A stretch of 63,144 nt of DNA, the filler included, from Octopus bimaculoides (lineage: Eukaryota): assembly GCF_001194135.2 (NCBI RefSeq). It is 6 parts of 6 records of this genome, joined end to end, with 100 filler letters (N's around TTAATTAATTAA, not from the genome) between each part and the next. Parts side by side here need not be neighbours in the genome. Positions count along the whole stretch, not along the records: positions 51,729 to 61,745 come from NC_068999.1; positions 61,846 to 63,144 come from NW_026396085.1; 4 more parts are not named here. The stretch is one strand, 5' to 3'. Below are positions 53,546 to 63,144 of the stretch, in pieces. Numbering within the stretch: position 1 is the stretch's first letter; each line of letters starts with the position of its first letter. The notes beneath the pieces were generated by a model. That model searched no databases, had not been told where the DNA came from, and saw nothing but the letters and a program-made list of their open reading frames with translations. The translations under genes were made by a program, and so were the position numbers.

Positions 53546-54292
53546 ATGATGGGTATGGTCTGTGTTTTGAACGAGACGGTTAGGCCATTTTGTAGTGAGG
53601 GAGATGTCGCCACTTGGTTGCAAAAAATTAAGCCAATGGCAAGACTCCACAGTATAGATGACCTAGCAAGTTTCATACTGTTGTACCTTGATGGATCGGC
53701 ATTGGCACTATACCTGGAAATGGAGGAGAAGGACCAGTTAAGCCCACAAACAATAGAAATCCAGCTGATGGAGGCTTTTACAGAAGGACCACTTATGGCA
53801 TATGGTCGACTGGGGAAAGCGAAGTGGATGGGCGAACAGGTCGATGTGTTTGCCAACGAAATCAGGAGACTTGCAGGATACAGGGATGACGCGTTAGAAC
53901 AAACAGTTAAATTAGCATTTGTGACAGGATTTCTTGACCACATATCGATCGAACTGCAAAAGCTGCTGAATGTTCATTCCATGGTGATGGGAGAGGTAAT
54001 ATCTCGGGCCAGAGTCATCGTCCCATGCTGCAGGATAACATCTTTAGCAGTGACTGCAACAATGAGAAGGGGTCAAACAAAGAGCGGCGGAGACGGGTTG
54101 AACAAGGAACATGAGCGACCCTTTAAAGGGCAATGTTTTCAGTGTCAGGGTTCGCACATGGTGAGAAATTGCAAGGAACCCAGGCCTGGAGTAATTTGCT
54201 ATCGATGCAAACAAACAGGCCACATCGCTAGTGAATGTGTTCGGGGAAATGGTCTAAGGGAGACTACTGTGCCGGTAGTTATCCTGACGTAA
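53546..54292 (+). CDS. Gag-like ORF (248 aa) with two CCHC zinc knuckles
   Basis: FCSEGDVATWLQKIK...LYLDGSALALYLEM; CFQCQGSHMVRNC and CYRCKQTGHIASEC. Confidence 0.85.
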   Translation: MMGMVCVLNETVRPFCSEGDVATWLQKIKPMARLHSIDDLASFILLYLDGSALALYLEMEEKDQLSPQTIEIQLMEAFTEGPLMAYGRLGKAKWMGEQVDVFANEIRRLAGYRDDALEQTVKLAFVTGFLDHISIELQKLLNVHSMVMGEVISRARVIVPCCRITSLAVTATMRRGQTKSGGDGLNKEHERPFKGQCFQCQGSHMVRNCKEPRPGVICYRCKQTGHIASECVRGNGLRETTVPVVILT

Positions 54293-54299
54293 GAATAGA

Positions 54300-57200
54300 G
54301 GCACGTATACAGTCATTGCCAGTAATAGATGTCGTGATGAACAGAAAGGTGTCACGAGCCTAATGACTCTGGAGATGGTAGAAGACTGGTGTGGAGTGAG
54401 TAGTGTAAGGGCTGTTGACAGTACGGAAGTTGAATGTAGAGGAAGTAGCGATGTGGAGATGGTCGTACGAGGAACGAGATTGAGGTTGCTTGCGATCGTG
54501 ATCGACCGCGTGGTGGATGGAGTCGATGTGGCGATAGGAATGGATGCCATTGTCTATTTGGGAGGTATCACGGTCAATGAAGCCAGTGTAACGTTCAGTG
54601 ATGTGGGGGCGCTATGCGCTGTGAGTCCACGACAGGAGAGTGGTGAGAGCTGCGAAGAAAAATATGCTGCACACACAAGGATTTTCGGTAGGCTGCTATC
54701 AGCATACTCTGAAAGGGGATGCCAGAAGCGAGTTCAAGGGAGTGGTGGATCAAGGAAAGCATTCTGATCCCTTGGAAGGAGGAAGTGGAGTGCTACCACT
54801 GATGGCAGTGGTGCAGCCGACAAAGCATAAAGTCAGGTTAGTCTTAGATTTCCAAGAGCTGAATAACCATGTATTGTGCGATACAGGTGGCGAAGCCATG
54901 GAGATTTGCAGCAAAACCTTGAGAGAGTGAAGGCAGATGACGGGGGCCTCCACAATCATCAGTTTGAAGTCGGGGATCTTTCTGATTTGCCAGACACCAT
55001 TTTTTATTTAGTGTGTTTTCTACCGAAACACTTTAAAACTTCATATACTTGTATATTTTGTCTTACAGAACAGAGAAAAATTTTTATATTCGAAGTTATT
55101 TCATGTTAAACGTTGTCGTATTTCGGTAATTTCAACCAATCACTGACGTCTATTGAGGTGTAAACAATTACTGCTGTGGATTGTCAACAACATGTTGTGG
55201 CGGAATAATGGGATCTTTTCCCTTGAATGAAATTAGTGTCGTTATTTGTCAACAACAACTATCAGCTGTACTGTTATTTATGACATCGTTCGTGCGTTTA
55301 TACTGGTTTTAGCTTTAGGGTTTTAGGGTTAGGGTCCGGGTTTTAGAGTTAGGGTTAGGGTTATGAGTATTTTTGCCAAATTTGGTGAAAAATTTGTGGC
55401 GGTGTATTGAACAGATTTTCCCAAAATTTGGCAAAAATACTCATACCCTAACTCTAAAACTCGAACTCTAACCCTAAAACTAAAACCAGTACAAACGCAC
55501 GAACGATGTCATAAATAACAGTACCACTGATAGTTGTTGTTGACAAACAACGGCACTAATTTTATTCAAGGGAAAAGATCCCATTACACCGCCACATGTT
55601 GTTGACAATCCACAGCAGTAATTGTTTTCATCTCAATAGACGTCAGTGATTGGTTGAAATTACCGAAATACAATTTTAACATGAAATGACTTTAAAAATA
55701 TAAACTTTTCTCAACAACACTAAGAGTAAAAGATGTTTTATATGACACGTTCTACCAGTGTCCCAAGTTTGAAAGTGTTTCGTTAGAAAAAAAAATGGTG
55801 TCCACCAAATCAGAAAGATCCACTCGGCATACCTGCAGCTGCATGTGGCTGAGAGACTGTGGAAATATCAGCTGGTAAGGTACCAGGGTCGGATATACTG
55901 CCTGACCAGGTTGAGATTCGGGCTAAATTCAGCACTGAAGATTATGGCATTGATTTTCAAAACCATCCTGGGAAAGGTGGACAAAGTGAAAAGAGCCACC
56001 AATTCCTATATTGATGACACCCTAGTGGAGAGCATAGTGTCAGCAAAGGAAGTCATAAGCCACCTGAAGAATTTGGGGCTAACTGCCAAACCGCTGGAGG
56101 TGATGGAAGGAGGAGCTAAACTGGGATTCAAGCTACGGAGAGACAAGGCCGGCGTGTTGGTGTTTCGGAGAGGGAATGAGATCCCAGAACTGGACTCCAA
56201 GACAAGTAGGTGAGAACTGTTTTCTGTGTGTGGGAAGCTGCTGGGACACTACCTGATTGCAGGATCACTCTGGACGGCATGAAGCTTCATCAAGAGGTGA
56301 GCTGAAGGAGTAAGGTGGAATGACAACATGGGTGAGAAGATAACTGCCATGATGCAAGAAGTCTTGGAGAGTGACAGCAGAGGACCCAGTAACAGGAAAC
56401 TGATATGTGCCCAAATTGAAGAATGTGATTGTGTGGTGTGATGCCAGCAACATAGCAACAGGAATTGTCCTGGAAATTGGAAGTGTTGTAGTGGAGGATG
56501 CGGCCTGGCTCCAGGAGAAGGACAACTGTAACCACATCAACATGACGGAGCTGGATGCCATGTTGAAGGGGATTGAACCTGGCCCTGAGGTGGGGGGGTG
56601 CGTACCATCGAGATCCAGACCGATTCGGCCACTGTACTTAAATGGGTGGGATCAGTGGTCACTGGCAAGCGGAGGGTCCAAACCAGGGGGAGGGTGCAGA
56701 GATGCTGATAAGATGCTGTTTGGGAATCCTGGGCGAGCTAACTGCCGAGTTTGACCTGAGGCTGAGTGTGGTTTTTGTGCCCTCTGAAAGGAATAGAGCG
56801 GACGTCCTGACCAGAGTAAAAAATGCCTGGTTGCAGGTGCTGGAGGATCTGGAGCAAGGAGTGGCTGCAGTGTGTCGACTGAGTGACTCAGAGCTGAGGA
56901 GACTGCATACCATGCATCACATGGGGGTGGACAGGACCCTGTTCCTAGCCAGGAATGTTGACTCTGACATGACCAGGCAGAGAGTAGTTGGGAGCTNNNN
57001 NNNNNNCTGCAGTGTGTCGACTGAGTGACTCAGAGCTGAGGAGACTGCATACCATGCATCACATGGGGGTGGACAGGACCCTGTTCCTAGCCAGGAATGT
57101 TGACTCTGACATGACCAGGCAGAGAGTAGTTGGGAGCTGTGACAGGTGCCAGTCCATTGACCCTGTTCCGGGTGTGCATGAGACAAGAAGCATTCCAGTG

Positions 57201-57960
57201 GAACACAACTGGAAACGACTGGCAGTGGACGTGATGCACTACTGGCAGGGGACATACCTCTCGATGGTTGACTGCAGACCGGAGCAGTTGGCCATATGGA
57301 GGGAGATGAAGACGGGCATCACAAAGGAAATCACAAGACTACTAAATGAGATATTCCTAGAATGAGGCCCCGTGGCTGAGATGAATTTTGCTCAGAGGTG
57401 CTGGGGAAAATACTCGACAAGTGGTATGTTAGCCATTTCTTCAGGGCGACATACTGGCCAAGTGGCAATGGAGTTGTGGAGAGGCATTATTGCACCATCA
57501 AGACCATAGCAGAGAGGGGCCACATCTCACCAGTCGAGGCCATTTTTTGGTATAATATGTCGCCCAGGTTGGGACAGTTTGAGGAGTTAGTGTCACACAG
57601 GGCAATATTCAAGTACAAGTGGAGACATCCATGTACCACATCACTGTAACCCACAGAAGAGAAAGAGCATGCCTTTGTGCAGGTTGGGGAAGATGTCTGG
57701 GTTAAACATCCAAATGCATGATGCACATCACAGTGGGGAAAGGAGACAATAACCAATGTAAATTCAAGGAACAATGTGTCTATAGATGGCATGTCATGTC
57801 ATGTTTTTGGATGTGCGCAGGATCATCACTGTGACAGAGGATGGAGCCAACAGTAATGGACAAGAGGACAAAGCCAGCAGCAACATGCCAGGAACTGAGG
57901 CCAGTCCTGAAGTCCCACAGTGGTTGAAGAGACAGCAGGGCCCGCCTCACTGGTTGACTG
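54300..57960 (+). pseudogene. pol relic (protease, RT, RNase H, integrase)
   Basis: Out-of-frame gac tct gga (DSG) at 54365; PLMAVVQPTKHKVRLVLDFQEL; LKS/AYLQLHV; YCLTRLRFGLNSA; SYIDD; VWCDASN; HTMHHMG...CDRCQ; LAVDVMHY; SGNGVVERH. Confidence 0.9.
54974..55821. mobile_element. Palindromic MITE (848 bp) inserted in the Gypsy RT; same family as 40181-40836
   Basis: TIR ggatctttctgatttg..agacaccatttttt / aaaaaatggtgtccaccaaatcagaaagatcc. About 270-bp internal arms (55115-55395 and 55410-55675). Removing the element and one 6-bp flank restores TTG AAG TCG GCA TAC (LKSAY). Confidence 0.9.
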
Positions 57961-58046
57961 ATTACAAGACAAGTTAAGGTGTGTGGTCAGGGTTGAGGAG
58001 AGGGTGTGGGAAAGTTGGTTAAATGATCTTCAGATCAGGCGGGGCA

Positions 58047-58334
58047 TGCGGTGTTATGAGCCAGGCTGTGTTGTAGGGAAGGACCAGAAGTGAGAGAGTA
58101 TGCATGTCCTGTCGGAAGTGGGGCCTGTGGGTCCCACCTGAAGTGCCATGGTGGGCATGCGGGGTTGGTGAGGCATGAGCAGCGAGTTGGTGATGGACAG
58201 TGTATGAGAGTAGATGTGTTAGATGGTATGGCGGCAGACAGAACACATGGATGTTGTGAGCGATCCTACCAGATTGACAGGTAAGATTACCACAATTCTC
58301 TCTTTGCTTCCGTCTTTTCCTCCTTCACATCACA
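58047..58334 (+). repeat. 3' LTR preceded by a short purine-rich tract
   Basis: aggcggggca|tgcggtgttatgag ... ttcacatcaca. Confidence 0.9.
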
Positions 58335-60350
58335 TGTCCTATTTCCATATCCTTACCTCTCCGTTTTCAAAATGCTAAAAACTCCTCTCCTGAAACAGCA
58401 GACAAAAATATATCAAACTGTCACCTTTATTTTCTTCACTTTATATGACCCTTTATTTTCTTCTTTTTTAAAGATAAACAACATAATCACCTGCAAAAAA
58501 AAAAACAATGGTTTCATGTGTTTTATATATTTTGTACAATTTCTGGAAATTGGAGTTGAGTTGTAATTTTGCAAATACACACAGCAAATGAAGATTGCCG
58601 AAGGTTTTTTTTTATGCCAAGCCACATAATATTTCTGTTGTGTTTATATAGAAATAGCAAATAATTTGGGTGTAACTACAGATACCGACTTTTTTCCTTC
58701 ATATTTTTCAGGAAGATGAATATCTTGTGGGAGTGTTGTACAAAAAAGTTTTCATAACATTTTTTCATAAAAAGATGTCCCCCAACATTTCGAAGGCTGT
58801 GGTAAAATTTAAAAAATGTGGAAAACCCCTGTAGAAACAGAGTAGTTCCAACTTATTTGGTCTTCCTGATCCAAAACTCCTCTCCCCACACCTCCAGAAA
58901 AAATTTGTCTCCAAAATTTCTTTATAATCATAATCTATGCTGTTTGAAAGATATTCATATAAAATGTCATTAAAAGATATCCTTTCTCCTGAAGGTTATG
59001 AGGGAAAAAAATCAGATCATGTGAATTTTCCAAAACTCCTCTCTTCACCCCTCGGAAAAATTCTTTCCCATAAATTCCTATATACTCTGAATCCACAGCA
59101 TCTTAGCGATATTTGTTGAAAATTTCGTTAAAAAGTATCCATTTTTCTGGAAGTTATTTTGCTGTACTTTTTGAAAAAATTAATAGTTCTAATAATAAGC
59201 TCTTCTCTTCCACCTCTTTCTTTTCTTTTTGTCTCCTCAATTCTGTCTTCAATCCTTTCTCTTCATTTGAGTCATCATATCTGTCTTTCATGCTTCTTCT
59301 CTCTTCTTCCTCCTTCTTTTTCTTTTCTCTTCTTCATTCCATCATTCACCTCCTTCCATCTTTCCTCTTTGAATAGCTCATTATCCTTCTTCCTGGACCT
59401 ACCTTTGTTTTTCACACCAGATTTGCACTGCTAGCTCTGAATTGTATCTACTCACTTTTCTCTTCACTCTCCATTCCATTATACTCTCCTTTCATTCTTA
59501 GTCCCATTAAATGCTTCCACTTGTGCTTCTAAAAGATATGATATAGCTAATCTTCATTTGTTAACAAAAGGGGATTGAAGTGGTGGTATTCCCCTCCCCC
59601 ACTTTAAAAATAAGATTTATTTGCTAATGAGATGAGCATTTCAAAAAGTGCAACATAATGCCAATTGAATTTTTTATATTTTTTCAATTCTAGTTTAATT
59701 TTTGAAGGCTCAACATTTTATTAAACCTTTTTTCTGTAAAACAACATTTTTTAAAGAAAAATTTGAAGTATGAACAATTTGTTGAACCCTTTTTCTGTAA
59801 AACAGGAAATCTTTTCCATTTAAGTTTCTTGTTTTTTACAATTATATTATATCATTTATTATTTAGATTATCAATGAAGTGCCATTGCCATCGTTAGTCC
59901 AATTTCTGGTTTACCCACTACCACATTGAGGTGATTGTTGGTTTTTATGGGAGAAAAGTCACCACTGATTTTTAATTTTTATTTCATAATTATCATTTAG
60001 GCCTGTTATTTCATTTCAATTAAATTTTTTCTACAAACAAAGCAACAATATTTATCATCTTGGAAGGAAAATTGGCATTAAAAGAAGTGATTTTAATATC
60101 ACTAATTTGTCAGCATTTGTTCCATTTGTCAGCATTATTTTTTACAATGCAAGCATAATCCCCAAAAGCACTGAACGTGCTTGACACATTTGTTTAACTT
60201 GAGTATGATATTCATGTGTTGCATAAATACTTTGTACATAAAACATATCTGATTATTTAGCCCCAGACTATTCCTGAGCTAGCAGACCTATGATCAAAGA
60301 TGTTTCTTGATCAGCCATTCTGTATTTCTGATACAGTACATCTAGAACTA

Positions 60351-61111
60351 TTAGGTTGTCAAGAAAGTTCTTGCAGTTTTTAACCTTTAAATATCTCAGC
60401 TCAAACAAAACTTTATTAATCGAAAGAAACACCATCAGAATCAACACACTTTTGCCAGCGCGAAACAAGTTTATTTATGCCAGTAGCATAAAAATCATGT
60501 GTTCTGGTGGCAATGAAGTCATTGAAGGTATGTTTGGCATCGTCTTGGTTTTTGAAACATTCATCATGCAGTAAGTTGTCGAAATGCTTGAAAAAGTGGT
60601 AGTCGGTAGGTGAGAGGTCTGGTGAGTATGGCGGATGAGGCAGAGTTTCATAGCCCAATTCGTTCAACTTCTGCAGGGTCAGTTGTGCGACGTGTGGCCA
60701 AGCATTGTTGTAGAGAAGAATTGGTCCTTTTCTATTGACCAATGCTTATCATCTTCAAGACTCTCGTCACCACTACGAAATTTCTTGAACCACCATTGTG
60801 CTGTACATTCTCTAGTGGTTCCTGGGCCAAATGCATCATTGATATCGTGAGCTGTTTCAGCAGCTTTTCGGCCTAGCTTGAACTGGAATAAGAAAATTGT
60901 ACGAATTCGCTTTTTGTCCATGTTGTATTCAATGTTCCTGAAAAAATGGCCTAATTATTCAAAAAGAGAAAGAGTAACATGATTAGATAGGGCGAAAAAC
61001 GGGCTTTAAAATGATATATAAAGTCAAAGTAATTTGAACGAATATTAATTTGAAAATACATCATTTAAAACCAAGATTAAAAATTCCGCAAGAACTTTAT
61101 TGACAACCTAA
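60351..61111 (-). mobile_element. Internally deleted mariner (cecropia/Hsmar1-like), 761 bp, TIRs and TA TSD intact
   Basis: ta|ttaggttgtcaagaaagttcttgcagtt ... aattccgcaagaactttattgacaacctaa|ta. N-terminal MDKKRIRTIFLFQFKLGRKAAET...WFKKFRSGDESLED is joined out of frame to VNRKGPILL..NA.PHVAQ...PYSPDLSPTDYHFFKH. Confidence 0.95.
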
Positions 61112-61845
61112 TACATCATTGCATCTTTTCTAAGAGACAGTAGGAAGTGATTTGAGGGCAATCTGGCTGCTATTTCTGATTGTTAGAAATAGGTTGTCTC
61201 ACATAATAACTCCCATATTTCCCTCTGTTCATGTTATTCAGGTTACCCTTGAGCCCAGTGAAAAAGGAAGAAAAGTACTGATTTAATGAATTAATGAGAA
61301 TTCAGACATGGTTTTAATTAAATTTGTCCTGGCGATGATCACCAGAAAGAAGAGACAAGACATAACCAGAGAGAAGATATGACCCAGTGGACAGTTTAAC
61401 TTCTCTAGTGTCGTGGAGCTAGAGAGGAATGGGCAGAGTAGATAGGAAAGAAAGGATAGTAAAGCATGTTCTATATGTAGAGGAAGAAGTGTAAGAGAGG
61501 AAGTTACAGTTGTAGTAGGAGGAAGAGTGTAAGAGGGAAATGCAAACAAAAAGACAGAGAAACAGACAGAAAGATAGATATAGAGAGAGGAGAGGACTCA
61601 TAGGTAGAAGGAGGATTGATACAGAAGGAGAATAAGCTGAAAAGAGAGTAAACAAACATAGAAAGAGGAAGAGTGGGAGAGAGAAAGGGAAACAGAAGAG
61701 ACACAGAGAGAGACAGACAGAAAGATATATATATATATATATATANNNNNNNNNNNNNNNNNNNNNNNNNNNNNNNNNNNNNNNNNNNNTTAATTAATTA
61801 ANNNNNNNNNNNNNNNNNNNNNNNNNNNNNNNNNNNNNNNNNNNN

Positions 61846-62400
61846 GTATTTTAACATTAAAAAAATATTTTGTAATGCTCATAAAGTTAAATTAGAGTAA
61901 TAATTAAATTTCAAATGTGTTTAACTGACAGTTGAGTTCTTGACAACTATAGTACCTCTTAGAATATTCCAACAAGCTGAACATATAGAAACATGTGGTC
62001 AGAAAATGTTTCTAACTTTTCCATTCTACAAACTACATGGCAGAAGTGAGGTTGGAAGAAAGAGAAAACGGTTTATTAAAATCTTCAAGCTTATTCTGAA
62101 TGGAAATAACAACAATAATATAACAACCACTCAATGATGTGGTTTGAAAACTATCACTAACAAATCACAGAATATTAGTACACCTAGCAAATCGTGATGT
62201 TTACGCTTCATGCGGATTGGTCAAAACTGTATTCTAAAAATTCAGCTTATTAGAGCGTTCAAAGAGGTACTACAGTTGTCAAGAACTCAACTATCAGTTA
62301 AGCACATTTGAAATATGATGATTACTCTATGAATGAAAGCACTATTTTAACTTTATGAGCATTACCAAATGTTTTTAATGTTAAAATGATGTAATAAAAT
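61846..62400. mobile_element. MITE-like element with approx. 105-125-bp inverted arms (left end lost in a gap)
   Basis: ttttaacattaaaaa...gtaatgctcataaagttaaa...aactgacagttgagttcttgacaact versus agttgtcaagaactcaactatcagtt...ttaactttatgagcattacc...ttaatgttaaaa. Confidence 0.8.
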
Positions 62401-63087
62401 TGTGACAACCAGACCATGTTTTAACTTTATTTAACTGATATATTATTCTATACACATTCACACAAATTTGAAACAATATATATATATATATAATTCCAAG
62501 TAAATATCATAAGATAAAGATAATATCAACCAACAATAAATAACAAATGAATGTATATAGAAATACTTATTATATTAAAATAGAAAAATTATTATTAAAT
62601 ATATCAAAAATTATAAACGTGCCATAATTAACTTTACGTTGATTATAATATAAACTAACAGATATATTATATACAAAACTAATCTTAACGAATCTTTCGT
62701 TTAAAATACAATTCAAACGAAGTTTCAGGTTAAATTAATAAAGATAGAAGTAATACTTATCACAATTATTAGACTTTAAAGTCAGAATTAAAATGTTTAT
62801 TAGAGAGAAGTCTCATGAAGATATTACTTTCATCTAATTTAGAGATCTTCTAAAAACATGCACCTTATTACAATAAACCCTTCGTGAGGTGGGATATACT
62901 AATGATATTAAATATTGTAATAATCCGAAGTATAATTATAATTTTTTAGTAATGATTATAATAGTAATGATCTATTGAATAAACATAACCTTTGTATTTA
63001 TGATGTCTACTTAGGTAATTATGCTAAGAATAGTAGGTATTATGATAATAAATTACATTAACATAAACATAATTGTAATGAAGACAA

Positions 63088-63144
63088 TACTCTGTTTACT
63101 TGTTTCAGTCATTTGACTGCGGCCGTGCTGGAGCACCACCTTTA
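63088..63144 (+). repeat. Dispersed repeat head (tttacttgtttcagtcatttgactgcggcc.tgctggagcacc); related fragments at about 3700, 6930, 8808 and 12420
   Basis: Repeated motif seen five times in the window; cut off at the window end. Confidence 0.75.

Larger units (their letters stand above)
53216..58334 (+). mobile_element. Decayed full-length Ty3/Gypsy LTR retrotransposon
   Basis: Paired LTRs; order gag - protease - RT - RNase H - integrase; many stops and frameshifts. Confidence 0.95.

Noticed and set aside
56866-57136. Apparent duplicated integrase HHCC segment
   Set aside because: Identical copies separated by a short N run; assembly overlap artefact.
4253-61801. TTAATTAATTAA islands inside N runs (4253, 21197, 41979, 51673, 61790)
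   Set aside because: Identical 12-mer centred in approx. 100-nt gaps and containing stops in all six frames; this is an assembly spacer, not biology.

Overview
AT-rich, gap-ridden draft scaffold from an animal genome. Microsatellite load, tRNA-derived SINE types and RTE LINEs with (GAT)n tails suggest a coleoid cephalopod (Octopus-like); this is inferred, not proven. The window is almost entirely repeats and decayed mobile elements. These include RTE and L1/Tx1-like LINE relics, a Penelope GIY-YIG relic, three mariner relics (one internally deleted copy with TIRs and TA TSD), and a maT/DD37D-like relic. There is a 5.1-kb decayed Ty3/Gypsy provirus with both LTRs and a palindromic MITE inside its RT, plus a second LTR with a duplicated tRNA-Trp PBS. 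Several MITE/foldback elements and at least four SINE families are also present. No intact, nameable host gene is visible, but a few minus-strand exon candidates exist (best at 52780-52971). The most unusual structures are: the doubled PBS carrying about 44 nt of tRNA-Trp sequence; a GGATCT-ended MITE family with long internal palindromes and telomere-like cores; two DNA transposons with overlapping 8-bp TSDs; and a mirror-image minisatellite foldback. No CRISPR, rRNA or complete tRNA gene was found. Coordinates of degraded repeats are approximate.
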